Assembly (NCBI GenBank): GCA_965229885.1
Contig: CBDDJX010000002.1
Span: forward strand, 202,784 to 266,783
DNA length: 64,000 nt
Direction: 5' to 3'
Source of the DNA: Vicinamibacterales bacterium
Lineage (GTDB): Bacteria > Acidobacteriota > Vicinamibacteria > Vicinamibacterales > CAVVIG01
Shown here: positions 31,640 to 41,426 of the stretch, piece after piece
How positions within the stretch are numbered: position 1 is the stretch's first letter
How the letters are laid out: each line of letters starts with the position of its first letter
Translations under genes and position numbers: made by a program
The notes under the pieces: model-generated
Databases searched by the model: none
The model's input: the letters and a program-made list of their open reading frames with translations, nothing else
What the model was told of the DNA's origin: nothing

Positions 31640-32010
31640 GAAGCAGTTTCCATGATCGCCCAGCGCCCGAGTACCCGGCATGGCGGAAGTAGTTCCGGCA
31701 TTCGTCGGAGCTGAACCGCTGGAGACACGCGCCGAGTAACGGCCAGAGGGTCTCGATGTGCCCGCAGCGTGCGGCGTGGACGATGGCTTTCAGTTTCGCG
31801 AAACAAGTTCGATCGGGTTGAGGTCCGGACTGTAGGGCGGGAGATACCAAGCGTGGCGAGTTTGCGTCGCGGCCCGTACCGCCGCGGCCGCGGCCCGACC
31901 TCGCCGGTCTCGCGCCGCCGCTGCTTCAGCCACCGCACCCACGAGCCGCTCACGTGATACCGCTCCGCGACCGCGTCGGCCAGTATCCCCGCATCGCTAT
32001 CGCGGAGCAC
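31640..32010 (-). mobile_element. IS630-family transposase with a large internal deletion
   Basis: N-terminal HTH (AVAERYHVSGSWVRWLKQRRRETG) joined directly to WYLPPYSPDLNPIELVFAKLKA...ECRNYFRHAGY. Confidence 0.85.
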
Positions 32011-32015
32011 ACGGT

Positions 32016-32077
32016 GGTAAAAGGGGACGGGCGTCGATTTACGGAATTCGTAAAAACGACGCCCGCCCCCTTTTACC
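32016..32077. terminator. Long inverted repeat downstream of clpA (terminator or REP-like)
   Basis: GGTAAAAGGGG-A-CGGGCGTCG-A-TTTACG-GAATT-CGTAAA-AA-CGACGCCCG-C-CCCCTTTTACC. Confidence 0.65.
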
Positions 32078-32088
32078 CCTTCTACCTT

Positions 32089-34431
32089 TTAGGTTTTCCC
32101 CTCGTACGAGAAGGTCAGACGGTCGTCGGCGGCGCCGATTGTCACGGTGCCACCACTCTCCAGCTTCCCAAAGAGGATCTCGTCGGTGAGCGGGTCGCGC
32201 ACCTCTTTCTGCACAACGCGCCCAAGCGGCCGCGCGCCGAATACGGCGTCGTAGCCCTTCGTGGCCAGCCAGGCTCGCGCTTCTGGCGTGAGGGCAATCG
32301 CGACGTGCCGTTCGGCGAGCTGCGCCTCCAGCTGCAACACGAACTTCTCCACGATGCTTTCCATCACCGCTGGCGTCAGCGACCGGAAGGTCACGATCGC
32401 GTCAAGCCGGTTGCGGAATTCCGGGCTGAACACCCGCTCGATGGCCGCCTTGGACTTGCTCGCCGACGCGCGACGCAAGGCGTTGTCAGGATCGTCGCCC
32501 GCCGCGCCGTCTGCGAACCCGATGGCACTGGCGCTCATTTCGCGCGAGCCGGCATTGGAGGTCAGCACCAGCACGACGTGCCTGAAGTCGGCCTTCCGCC
32601 CGGTGTTGTCCGTCAGCGTGGCGTGATCCATGACCTGCAGCAGGATGTTGTAGATATCCGGATGCGCCTTCTCGATTTCGTCGAGCAGGACGACGCTGTA
32701 GGGATGTGTGCGGACGGCGTCGACCAGTTGCCCGCCCTGTTCGAATCCGACGTAGCCGGGCGGCGCCCCGATGAGCCGCGCCACGGCGTGCTTCTCCATG
32801 TACTCGCTCATGTCAAAGCGCGTGAACTCGTTGCCGAGAAGAATCGCCAGCTGTTTGGCGAGTTCGGTCTTGCCGACGCCCGTCGGCCCCGTGAACAGAA
32901 AGCAGCCGGCCGGCCGATCGGGCTGCCCGAGCCCGGCGCGGGATCGCTTGATCGCCTGGGCCACCAGGTGCACCGCCTCGCGCTGGCCGAACACCACGCG
33001 CTCGAACGACTCCTCGAGCGTCCGCAACCGCTCGCGGTCGGACGACGAAGCCTGGCTGGGCGGAATGCGCGCCGCGCGCGCGACGACCGCCTCGATGTCG
33101 GGGGCGTCAACGATGACGGGGACCACGGGAGCGACAACGCCTGCAGGGTCTCCAGGATCCCCGGGTGGCGGCGGCGTCTTGAGGCGCGCGACCGACCCGG
33201 CTTCGTCGATCAGATCGATCGCGCTGTCGGGCAGTCGGTAATCGCGCAGATGACGGGCGGCGAGCTTGGCGGCCGTCTCGAGCGCCAGGTCGGTGTAGCT
33301 GACGCGGTGATGGCTCTCGTACCGCGTTCGCAGGCCGGCGAGAATCTGCACCGTCTCCTCGATGGACGGCTCGTCGATGGCGATCTTCTGCAGCCGGCGC
33401 GCGAGCGCCCGATCCTTTTCGATCTGCTTGAACTCTTCGAACGTCGTCGAGCCGATGACGCGAAGGTCGCCCGCTGTGAGAATCGGCTTGATCAGCGTGG
33501 CGAGATCCATGGTGCCGCCAGAGACTGCGCCGGCGCCGACGGTCGAATGGATCTCGTCGATGAACAGGATGGCCTTCGGCCTGGCGCTGAGCGCGTTGAT
33601 CACCGCCTTGAAACGCTCCTCGAAATCGCCGCGGAACCGCGTGCCGGCGAGGAGCGCGCCGGTGTCGAGCGCGAACACCTCGGCGTCCTGCAGCGCGCCC
33701 CGCACATCGTCGGCCAGGAGCCGCGAGGCGAGGCCTTCGGCCATCGCCGTCTTGCCGACGCCGGCGTCGCCGACGAACACCGGATTGTTCTTGCGGCGCC
33801 GGCACAGCACTTCGAGTGTGCGCTGCAGCTCGTCGGCGCGGCCGATGAGCGGATCGAGCAGGCCGCGGCGGGCCCGGTCGGTCAGATTGAGACAGTAGGC
33901 GCCGAGCGGATCACGCGAGGTCGCCGATCCCTCGTCGCCAGCGCCGGCTGGCGCGGCGTGCTCGCCAGCATCGTCGTGTCCAGGCATGCCCGGCACGCCG
34001 GACTTTGTGATCCCGTGCGAAATGTATTCGAGCACGTCGAGCCGCGTGATGCCCTGCTCGGCGAGGAGGCGCGCGGCTTCGGCCTTCGGCTGCTGGAGGA
34101 TGGCGGCGCAGACATCGCCGGCCTGCACTTCCTGCCTTTGCGCGCTCTGGACGTGGAGCACGGCGGTCTGCAGCACGCGGCTGAAGGCCGCCGTCTGCTC
34201 GGGCTGCCGCTCCTGGCCGCGCGCCACAGGCACGATCGACTCGTCCAGATAGGTGTTCAGATCGCGCCGCAGACGCTGCAGATCCGCGCCACATGCGACG
34301 AGAATCCGCTCGCCGTCCGGGTCGTAGGCCAGCGCGTACAGCAAGTGCTCGAGCGTCACATACCCGTGCCGGCGGGAGACGGCCTCGCGATACGCGATGG
34401 CGAGGACGATTTCAAGAGACGCGGAAAACAT
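32089..34431 (-). CDS. clpA: ATP-dependent Clp protease ATP-binding subunit ClpA
   Basis: Clp N-domain; two Walker A motifs (GDAGVGKT, GPTGVGKT), FIDEIH, LLDEIEKAH and FSPEFRNRLD. Confidence 0.95.
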   Translation of the reverse strand: MFSASLEIVLAIAYREAVSRRHGYVTLEHLLYALAYDPDGERILVACGADLQRLRRDLNTYLDESIVPVARGQERQPEQTAAFSRVLQTAVLHVQSAQRQEVQAGDVCAAILQQPKAEAARLLAEQGITRLDVLEYISHGITKSGVPGMPGHDDAGEHAAPAGAGDEGSATSRDPLGAYCLNLTDRARRGLLDPLIGRADELQRTLEVLCRRRKNNPVFVGDAGVGKTAMAEGLASRLLADDVRGALQDAEVFALDTGALLAGTRFRGDFEERFKAVINALSARPKAILFIDEIHSTVGAGAVSGGTMDLATLIKPILTAGDLRVIGSTTFEEFKQIEKDRALARRLQKIAIDEPSIEETVQILAGLRTRYESHHRVSYTDLALETAAKLAARHLRDYRLPDSAIDLIDEAGSVARLKTPPPPGDPGDPAGVVAPVVPVIVDAPDIEAVVARAARIPPSQASSSDRERLRTLEESFERVVFGQREAVHLVAQAIKRSRAGLGQPDRPAGCFLFTGPTGVGKTELAKQLAILLGNEFTRFDMSEYMEKHAVARLIGAPPGYVGFEQGGQLVDAVRTHPYSVVLLDEIEKAHPDIYNILLQVMDHATLTDNTGRKADFRHVVLVLTSNAGSREMSASAIGFADGAAGDDPDNALRRASASKSKAAIERVFSPEFRNRLDAIVTFRSLTPAVMESIVEKFVLQLEAQLAERHVAIALTPEARAWLATKGYDAVFGARPLGRVVQKEVRDPLTDEILFGKLESGGTVTIGAADDRLTFSYEGKT

Positions 34432-34433
34432 CG

Positions 34434-34748
34434 TTATCCTTCTTCGAGCGCCGCCCGCAACGGGAATCCGGCCTCGCGCGCCAGCGACGTCACCGTGGCG
34501 ACTTTCGTTTCGGCCACTTCCCAAGGATACACGCCCGCGACCCCGCGGCCGTTGACATGGACCTGCATCATCACCCGGTACGCCTCGGCCGGGGACTGCT
34601 CAAAGACCGTCTCGAGTACCTGGATCACGAACTCCATCGTCGTGTAGTCGTCGTTGAGCAGAACGACTTTATGGAGCGTCGGGTCCTGCTTCCTGGGCTT
34701 GACCCGTTCCCGGACCGCGCCGTCGGTTCCGCGCTGCTCGTCGGCCAC
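34434..34748 (-). CDS. clpS: Clp protease adaptor ClpS
   Basis: HKVVLLNDDYTTMEFVIQVL, MMQVHVNG and E.AETK motifs; directly upstream of clpA. Confidence 0.95.
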   Translation of the reverse strand: MADEQRGTDGAVRERVKPRKQDPTLHKVVLLNDDYTTMEFVIQVLETVFEQSPAEAYRVMMQVHVNGRGVAGVYPWEVAETKVATVTSLAREAGFPLRAALEEG

Positions 34749-34775
34749 CAGGGTAGAGTAACCTCAATACGGCGG

Positions 34776-36462
34776 TTACGCCGCCAGCTCCTCCAGCGCG
34801 CGGACCCCGGAGCGCATGGAGAGCAGCCAGACCGCCACGCTCGACACGGTGGCGACCAGGAAACAACCAATCATCAGCAGCTGTTGCGCGGGCGCGGGCG
34901 GACGACCCTGGAGCCGTCGGAAAACATACAACGACGACGGCCACCCGATGAGCGCGATCATGACGATGACGAACAGCACCGCCTGAATCATGAAGGCGCC
35001 GCCGCCGAAGGAACCGGAGGCCTCGGCCGGATCGGCGCCGAGGCGTGGATAGCGGGCGCCCATCCCGGCGGCCAGTCCAACCAGGGCAAAACTCATCATC
35101 ACGACGGCAACTGCCGCCATCCCCTTCAAGAACGGATCGACGCCGAGAAACTCGTTGGCGGCAACCGTCACCAGTTCGGTCAACACCAGCACGGGAACGA
35201 GACCCGTCCAGAATTTCGACCAGAGAAAGTCGCGCATCGAGACGGGCGCCGTCCGGATGATCCAGAAGGAATGCCCTTCGACCGACACGGACGGGAAGAC
35301 GAACCGGACGGCGACCGTGGCCATCACGAGCCCCGCCATCCCAAGGTTCACGAGCGCATACAGGTTCTTGACGAAGCCGCTCATGTACGGAATGCGTTGC
35401 AGGTCGAGGACGCGGAAGTTGTACAGATACACGACCACGAGCGCGCACAGCAACAGAAGCTGCGACCATTGACTCACGTCGCGAAGGAACATCTTCAGGT
35501 CCTTGATCAGCAGCTGCTTTCTGACCGTCGTCAGCGGCAGCACATGCACGAGACGGTCGAGCGTCCGCAACTGCGTGAACCGCGCCTTGGGCGCCTCCTG
35601 CGCTCGGCTGAATCCGCTGAAGTACCATCGCTAACTCGCCGCTCGAACCACCACGATCGACCCGAGCGCCGTCGTCCAGAGCGCGCCGGCATGGAGCAGG
35701 TCGAACCCGCCGGTGAGGCTCGCGAAGAGGGTTTCGCCGGCCCAGAATGAGGGCAGCATCGGCGTGATGGGCGATTGCAGCGTGGCGAAGAAATCGGTGA
35801 TGTCCGGCAGCGATTCAACCTTCATCAGCTGTTCAGGCCGGATGAAGCGCAGGAGGATCACCAGGCTTGCCGCGAAGAGCAGTCCCATCAGCATGAGGAT
35901 GTCGCGGGCGCGGCGCGCGGGGAACGTGTTGACCAAACAGGAGCGTGATGATTGTCCCCGCCGCGACGGGAATGATGGTGAACGGCACCAGTGCGACAAT
36001 GGACGTCGCGTAGAACGCCAGCCCTGCGCAGCGCGCGTGCCCGACGCCCATCAGCACCGGCACGAGAAAGACGACGACCATCCACGAAGCCTGGCCGACG
36101 GTCCGCAGAAAGCGGGCATGAAACACGCGGCGTGTCGCGATTGGAGCGGCCAGGAGCAGGCGCAGGTCCTCGGAAAGAAAGAACGTCGACAGTGAGGTGA
36201 CGATCCCGCTGAACGCCAGGAACGATAAGAAGGTCAGGAAGAGCCATGACAAGCCGAGCCGGAGCAGGTAGTCGCCGAGGTCCTCGTAGCCTGCCAGTTG
36301 CGCAGTAAGCCAGAACGAACCCCGGTAAAGCAGCGCACATACCAGCAATCCAAGCCCGCCAAACACCGCGGCGTGCAGGCGCTCGCCGCGGTCGCCGCGC
36401 TGCGCGCGGTTACGGGACGACAGCACGTGCGGCAGCAGCAGGTACGGAAAGGCGTGGGCCAT
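34776..36462 (-). pseudogene. Putative ABC exporter permease, frameshift plus nonsense codon
   Basis: Multi-TM segments (TSLSTFFLSEDL, KDLKMFLRD.SQWSQ). Frameshift near 35940 and an in-frame TAG at 35631-35633. Confidence 0.75.
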
Positions 36463-37238
36463 CAGATGACTTCGTCGATCTCCTGGAGGGCGCTGCCGCC
36501 CGTCAGCTTCAGGAAGACGGTCGTCAGCTGCTCCGCGCTTCCCTCGGCGTTTTCCTCGGCTTGTCCGCCGCCCATCTGCCGCAGCTCGTCGACCGTCCCG
36601 TTCGCGATGATGCGGCCTTTCAAGATGATGCTGACGCGGTCGCACATCTCCTCGGCCACTTCCAGCGTGTGCGTGCTCATGAGAATTGCCACGCCGCGCT
36701 CACTCATTCGGCGGAAGACGTCCTTGATCAGGCGCGCGCCGCGGGGATCGAGACCCAACATCGGTTCGTCCACGACGACCGCGTGCGGGCGATGGAGGAA
36801 GGCGGCACACATCACGAGGCGCTGCTTCATGCCGTGAGAAAAGCTTTCGACCAGCTCGTGTCCCCAGCGTCCGAGCTCAAAGAGATCAAGCATCTCGCGC
36901 ACGCGCCCGTCAATCTCGTGTCCGTCCAGCTCGTACAGACCGCCGTGAAAGCGCAGGAACTCGCCGGCCGTCAGCTTTTCGTAGATGAACGGACGGTTCG
37001 GAATGAAGCCAAGCGACGCCTTTGCTCTTTCTGGATCGGTCGCCAGGTCGTGACCATTCACGAGAATGCGCCCGGAGGTTGGTTTGAGCAGGCCGGCGAT
37101 CATTCTGAGCGTCGTCGTCTTGCCGGCGCCGTTCGGACCGAGAAAGCCATGGATCTCGCCGGGAGCGACGGCGAGGCTGACGCCATCGACAGCCGTGAAC
37201 GCGCCGTACTGCTTGACGAGATCGTACAGGCCGATCAT
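36462..37238 (-). CDS. ABC transporter ATP-binding protein
   Basis: GPNGAGKTT, FSHGMKQRL, VVDEPMLGLDP and MSTH motifs. Confidence 0.93.
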   Translation of the reverse strand: MIGLYDLVKQYGAFTAVDGVSLAVAPGEIHGFLGPNGAGKTTTLRMIAGLLKPTSGRILVNGHDLATDPERAKASLGFIPNRPFIYEKLTAGEFLRFHGGLYELDGHEIDGRVREMLDLFELGRWGHELVESFSHGMKQRLVMCAAFLHRPHAVVVDEPMLGLDPRGARLIKDVFRRMSERGVAILMSTHTLEVAEEMCDRVSIILKGRIIANGTVDELRQMGGGQAEENAEGSAEQLTTVFLKLTGGSALQEIDEVI

Positions 37239-38858
37239 GGTTGTGACCGGCACGCGCAACACGAAGCGGGTCGCCGGATGGGAATCGACAGAGCGCCCAG
37301 GTCGACAGGCGGCGCCTCGCCGGCGAGGATCGGCGTGGCGCCAGGCGCGAGCTCCAGATCGAGCACAGTCATCTTCAGCCGTCCGATCAGCGGGAGAATC
37401 GCCGTTTGTTTCTCGAGGCCGCCGCGCGCCAGGCGCACGTGGGTCGCGTCGGCGGGGAACTGGTTGAACGCTGGATCGACGGGCAGCCACAAACCTCGGT
37501 CGGATCCTTCGTCGACATAGACTTCCGGCCAGGCGTGGTAGTAGAACGCACCGCGGACGAACACCAGACCGACGACGATCCGCGCCGGGATGCCCAATGC
37601 CCGCGCCATCGCAACATAGAGCGCCGTGTGCTCGTTGCAGTCGCCGACTTTCGTGCGGAGTACTTCACGCGCCGACGGAATACTCACGGTCGGCTTCTTG
37701 TCGAGGAGGTTGTTGACGTACCTCGTGAGCCGCTCGGCGCGCGCGCGGACACCGCTGGAAGCCACGACGCCGCGGACGGCGATCTCGGCTTCGGCGAGGA
37801 TCTCAGGCGCGTCGCTTTCGATGAGCGCTTCTGGCGCGAGGTACTGCGACGCAGTGGCGTCGGCACGCTCGGCGCCGAGCTCCCGCGGATCGTGGAGCTC
37901 GATGATGTCGCCGTCGATCGTCTGGCCGGCGCCCTGAAGGTCTGGGCTCGACAGATCGGCGCCTTCCAGTCGAATGCGAAGACGTCGCACGTCGCACGTC
38001 GCGCGGCTCGTCGATGCGCTGCGTCATGATCGGCACGACGGCCGCCGCGTCGAGCAGATCGGCTCGTACGCCTCCAGGGACGGCGGTGTTCCGTGCGCGG
38101 TCTGCCGACTCGCGCACGGTCATCAGCCCCATCGGGCTTTCTTCCCGCACGACATCGCCAGTGTCGGTGATCCAGGCGGTTGTCCGCAGGCCGCTGAACG
38201 CCATCTCCACGCGGAACGCGGGGATCGGCGTGCCGGCCGAGCGGACGAACTCGCGCTTGCCAACCTCGATGGTGACCGGCGCGTTGTGAAGCGTGGCGGG
38301 ATCGAACAGCGTCCAGTGGTGCCTGGCGCCGGCCACAAGCCCACCGTTCGCCAGACGGCGCGACAGGTTCAGCGACAGCGCGGGCGGTTCATCGAGCTCG
38401 CGCACTTCGGTCCGCGTGCCGGACGACGTCGTCACGTCGAGCGTCAGCCGGCGGCCGTCCACTCGGCCTCGTACAGTGGTCGGCCCGGTACCAGGATCCA
38501 GCGAGAACTCGAACGAGCGTAGCGCAAAGCTCGCGTCGACGATCGCGGTCGTATGGATCGTCGCGGCCGTGATCGCGCCGAGCAACGACATCTGCAGCCG
38601 CCCGTCTTCGTTGAGCTCGAATCCTTCGTCTTTCGGAAGCGTCTGGCTGACCGTGAAGCCAATCTTTTCGCCCCGGTAGTACACGCCGCGCCATACGGCC
38701 GCCGACCCGTAGCGTGCGAGGTCCGTCGCCAGGTTGGCAGAAGACGCCTGCAGGTACGAGCGATTCACCAGGGCGGCCATCGTTGCGATCCAGGCCAGTA
38801 CGACGAGAATGGAGATGGGACGAGTAATGGTGCGGGGCAACGGCCGGAGCAGGCGCAT
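37235..38858 (-). pseudogene. Transglutaminase-like domain protein, frameshifted by a 7-bp tandem duplication
   Basis: GDCNEHT, YHAWPEVY and VDP catalytic-triad motifs; N-terminal anchor; break at 37983-37996. Confidence 0.85.
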
Positions 38859-38907
38859 TTTTCATGTGTATCGGTGTTTCGACCTGCGCGCCGTAGGGTT
38901 CGCGTGC

Positions 38908-39337
38908 CTATTCGATCGTCGGCCCACGCAGCGCCGGGCAGAACGTTTCGTACGTGCTGGCGATCAGGAAGAATAGTTGCTGCCGGCTTTCGACCCGCTG
39001 CCCGCGACGCCGCCTGGAAACGGCATGATCACGCCGGGCACCGAGGCGATCGCCGCCCATCAGCCCCTCGCGACAGCCAAACCGGCGGTTGATCACGAAC
39101 TCGCCCACGAGGATGGGGATGACCCACACGGGTCGGCCGTGACGCACGTCGCGACACGGGTAGCCGTTGCCGAAGTCGGCGATCTTGCGACCCAGCTTGT
39201 AGTAGGGATCGGTGTCGAGCCGGCTGAAGCACGCCGCGGTCGGGCCCCGCCACGCAGTCGCACATAATCGTAGAGGACGCGTTGCCCGTGGCCGCGTGGA
39301 CCGCATGATCGAGCCAGGTGCGATCGCGCGCCGTCAT
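38908..39337 (-). pseudogene. fhcD: Formylmethanofuran:H4MPT formyltransferase (Ftr/FhcD) relic
   Basis: TARDRTWLDHAVHAATGNASSTIMCDC.AG, GEF.INRRFG.REGLMGG, VIMPFPGGVAGSGSKAGS and ASTY..FCP.LR in shifted frames. Confidence 0.75.
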
Positions 39338-39972
39338 CGCTGCTCGCGAGCATCCCGCCCGCGGCCTTGATAAACCGTTTTCTCGGTGACGACCTTGTCC
39401 ATGTAGACGTCGTGAGGGCTGACGACCAGCTCGGGAAAGAGCTGACATTCGTAGGCCAGCGCGACGAGTGGCGCCTCAGGACGCACGCGATCGAGGAGGC
39501 GATCGTAGTAGCCCTGGCCGTTCCCCATCCGCGCGCCGTCGCGCGTAAAGCCCACGCCTGTCACGATGACCAGATCCAGTTCGCGCGGGTCGACTTCCTT
39601 GTCGCGGTCGCCCCATCGCTCTTTCGGCGGCTCAAGGATCGACCACTTGCCGACGACGAGCTCGTCCATGCTCGTGAGATGCCACAGACCAAGCTTGTTC
39701 GAGCCTCGGTCGTCCACGGTGCAGTACGGGACGACGATCTTCTTGGCGCCCTTCAGCGCATCACCCAGCTGATGCCGCATCCGCACTTCAGAGCGCACGT
39801 CGAGGTACCACATTGCCGTGTGCGCGGCGGCGTACTCGGGCAGGGCGATGAAGCGCTCGATGATCGCTTTGGACACGTCGTCCTTGTTGTCCTGCGCATT
39901 GCGGGCGTCGTAGCCCTGCCGGCGCAGCTTCGCCTTGCGGTCTCCAAGCGTCTCAGCGGTCTCGTTGGCCAT
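39334..39972 (-). CDS. 5-formyltetrahydrofolate cyclo-ligase
   Basis: YLDVRSEV, VVPYC, ILEP, DLVIVTGVGF...GARMGNGQGYYDRLL and HDVYMDKVVTE motifs. Confidence 0.92.
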   Translation of the reverse strand: MANETAETLGDRKAKLRRQGYDARNAQDNKDDVSKAIIERFIALPEYAAAHTAMWYLDVRSEVRMRHQLGDALKGAKKIVVPYCTVDDRGSNKLGLWHLTSMDELVVGKWSILEPPKERWGDRDKEVDPRELDLVIVTGVGFTRDGARMGNGQGYYDRLLDRVRPEAPLVALAYECQLFPELVVSPHDVYMDKVVTEKTVYQGRGRDAREQR

Positions 39973-40015
39973 CTTGCCTATCCTAACCTTGCCGCTTTGC
40001 CGTTGTGAACGATCG

Positions 40016-41326
40016 TCAAGCGGCAGCGATCACGACATCCATCACGTTCGTGCCTGTCGGCCCCGTCTTGATCAACGCGTCGACCGATGCGAGAGCTGCG
40101 TGCGAGTCATGACGCTGAAGATCGCTGTCTGGATCCCGACCCGCCGCCGCGATGCGTTCCCACGTCGTGCCATCCACGATCGCGCCGGCGGCATCGGTCG
40201 GACCATCGCGGCCGTCGGTTCCCGCCGCGAGAAGCGCCACCGTGGGTATTCCTCGCAGGACTCGAGCTGCCGCCAGGGCCAACTCCTGGGATCGCCCGCC
40301 TGATCCCGTGCCCTGCTCGGCCATCGTCACCGTCGTCTCACCGCCGAGAATGAGGCAGCGGGACAAATGACCCTCGTGGCGGCCGGCCAGAAGTCTTTCC
40401 ACGATACGCGCGCCCGCGATTGCCGCCTCTCCAACGATCGGCCGGTCGACAATCTCGGGAACGAGACCGGCGGCGCTTGCGCGCCGGCCTGCCGCTTCGA
40501 GCGCGAGACGATTGGTCGCAATCAGCGTGCTCGCGACCCGGTCGAAAGCAGGGTCGCCTGGCTTCGGCGTCTCCGGAACGCGGCCCCGATCGACGTCATG
40601 CAGATACTGACGAAGTGAAGGACCCAGGCGGTCCCAGAGGGCTGCGCGAACGAGCACGTCGCGAACATCTCGCGCCGTGGACGGGTCGGGGACCGACGGC
40701 CCTGAGCCGATCGCGGCGAGATCGTCGCCGATGACGTCCGACATGATGTAGCAACAGAGCCGCGCATGCGCGAGGCTCCGCGCGAGGCGGCCACCGCCCC
40801 AGCGCGTAAAGCGTTTGCGCACACGGTTCATCTCCCTGATGTCGAGGCCCGACCAGAGCAGCTGGCCGTAAAGCGCCTTGAGCTCGTGAGGCGCGATGCC
40901 CGGCTGCGGCGCGCCGATGAGACTTGTCGTACCGCCTGAGAGCAGCAGCCACACGGTGTCGCCAGGCGGAATCTTCTTCACCAGACGATCGAGCGCGTCG
41001 GCAGCCGCGAGCGATCCCGCGCCGGGCTCTGGATGATCGCCCACGATCACCGCGACGGACGGATGGGGCGCGGACGTGTTGACGGTCGCGACGATGAGCC
41101 CGCCGGCAGGGGCGCAGCCCCTGGGGTCCTGAAGGCCACCTGCCGCGAGGACGCGTACTGCCGCTTCCGCCATCGGCTGTGCGGCTTTGCCGAGGGCAAT
41201 CAGCCAGACGCGGTCGTCGCGCGGTTCGTTCTGCAGCGCGCGCATGAGCACGGGGCCGGGGGCAACGGCGGCGACCGCCGCCTGGTAGATCTCGATGAGC
41301 AGCGTTTTCGCGTCGGCGCGATTCAT
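40016..41326 (-). CDS. gck: Glycerate 2-kinase (DUF4147/MOFRL family)
   Basis: ALGKAA, HPEPG..SL.A, LSGGTTSL, SDVIGDDL..IGSGP, GGETTV, GGRSQELAL, GTDGRDGPT and TGPTGTNVMD motifs. Confidence 0.9.
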   Translation of the reverse strand: MNRADAKTLLIEIYQAAVAAVAPGPVLMRALQNEPRDDRVWLIALGKAAQPMAEAAVRVLAAGGLQDPRGCAPAGGLIVATVNTSAPHPSVAVIVGDHPEPGAGSLAAADALDRLVKKIPPGDTVWLLLSGGTTSLIGAPQPGIAPHELKALYGQLLWSGLDIREMNRVRKRFTRWGGGRLARSLAHARLCCYIMSDVIGDDLAAIGSGPSVPDPSTARDVRDVLVRAALWDRLGPSLRQYLHDVDRGRVPETPKPGDPAFDRVASTLIATNRLALEAAGRRASAAGLVPEIVDRPIVGEAAIAGARIVERLLAGRHEGHLSRCLILGGETTVTMAEQGTGSGGRSQELALAAARVLRGIPTVALLAAGTDGRDGPTDAAGAIVDGTTWERIAAAGRDPDSDLQRHDSHAALASVDALIKTGPTGTNVMDVVIAAA

Positions 41327-41426
41327 AGTAATATTCCAGTCCTCCCCCTCGGTGCCAAGGGGCTTGCCTGAGCGGCGGCAACCGCGCCCGGCCAGCACAC
41401 TCTAGCCAAGCGAAGCGAGAACTGTC

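Noticed and set aside
31954-34647. 897-aa ORF antisense to clpA, and similar long shadow ORFs (1570-2817, 12987-14090, 34293-35750, 56473-57828, 59395-60252)
   Set aside because: They lie opposite recognisable genes and have no family motifs. Long antisense ORFs are expected in high-GC coding DNA.
35631-35633. In-frame TAG codons (ABC permease, both IS copies, RsmH-like) as evidence of amber recoding or pyrrolysine
   Set aside because: The expected residues differ (probably Glu and Tyr in the first two), the same genes carry other lesions, and intact genes such as ureG and amt end in TAG.
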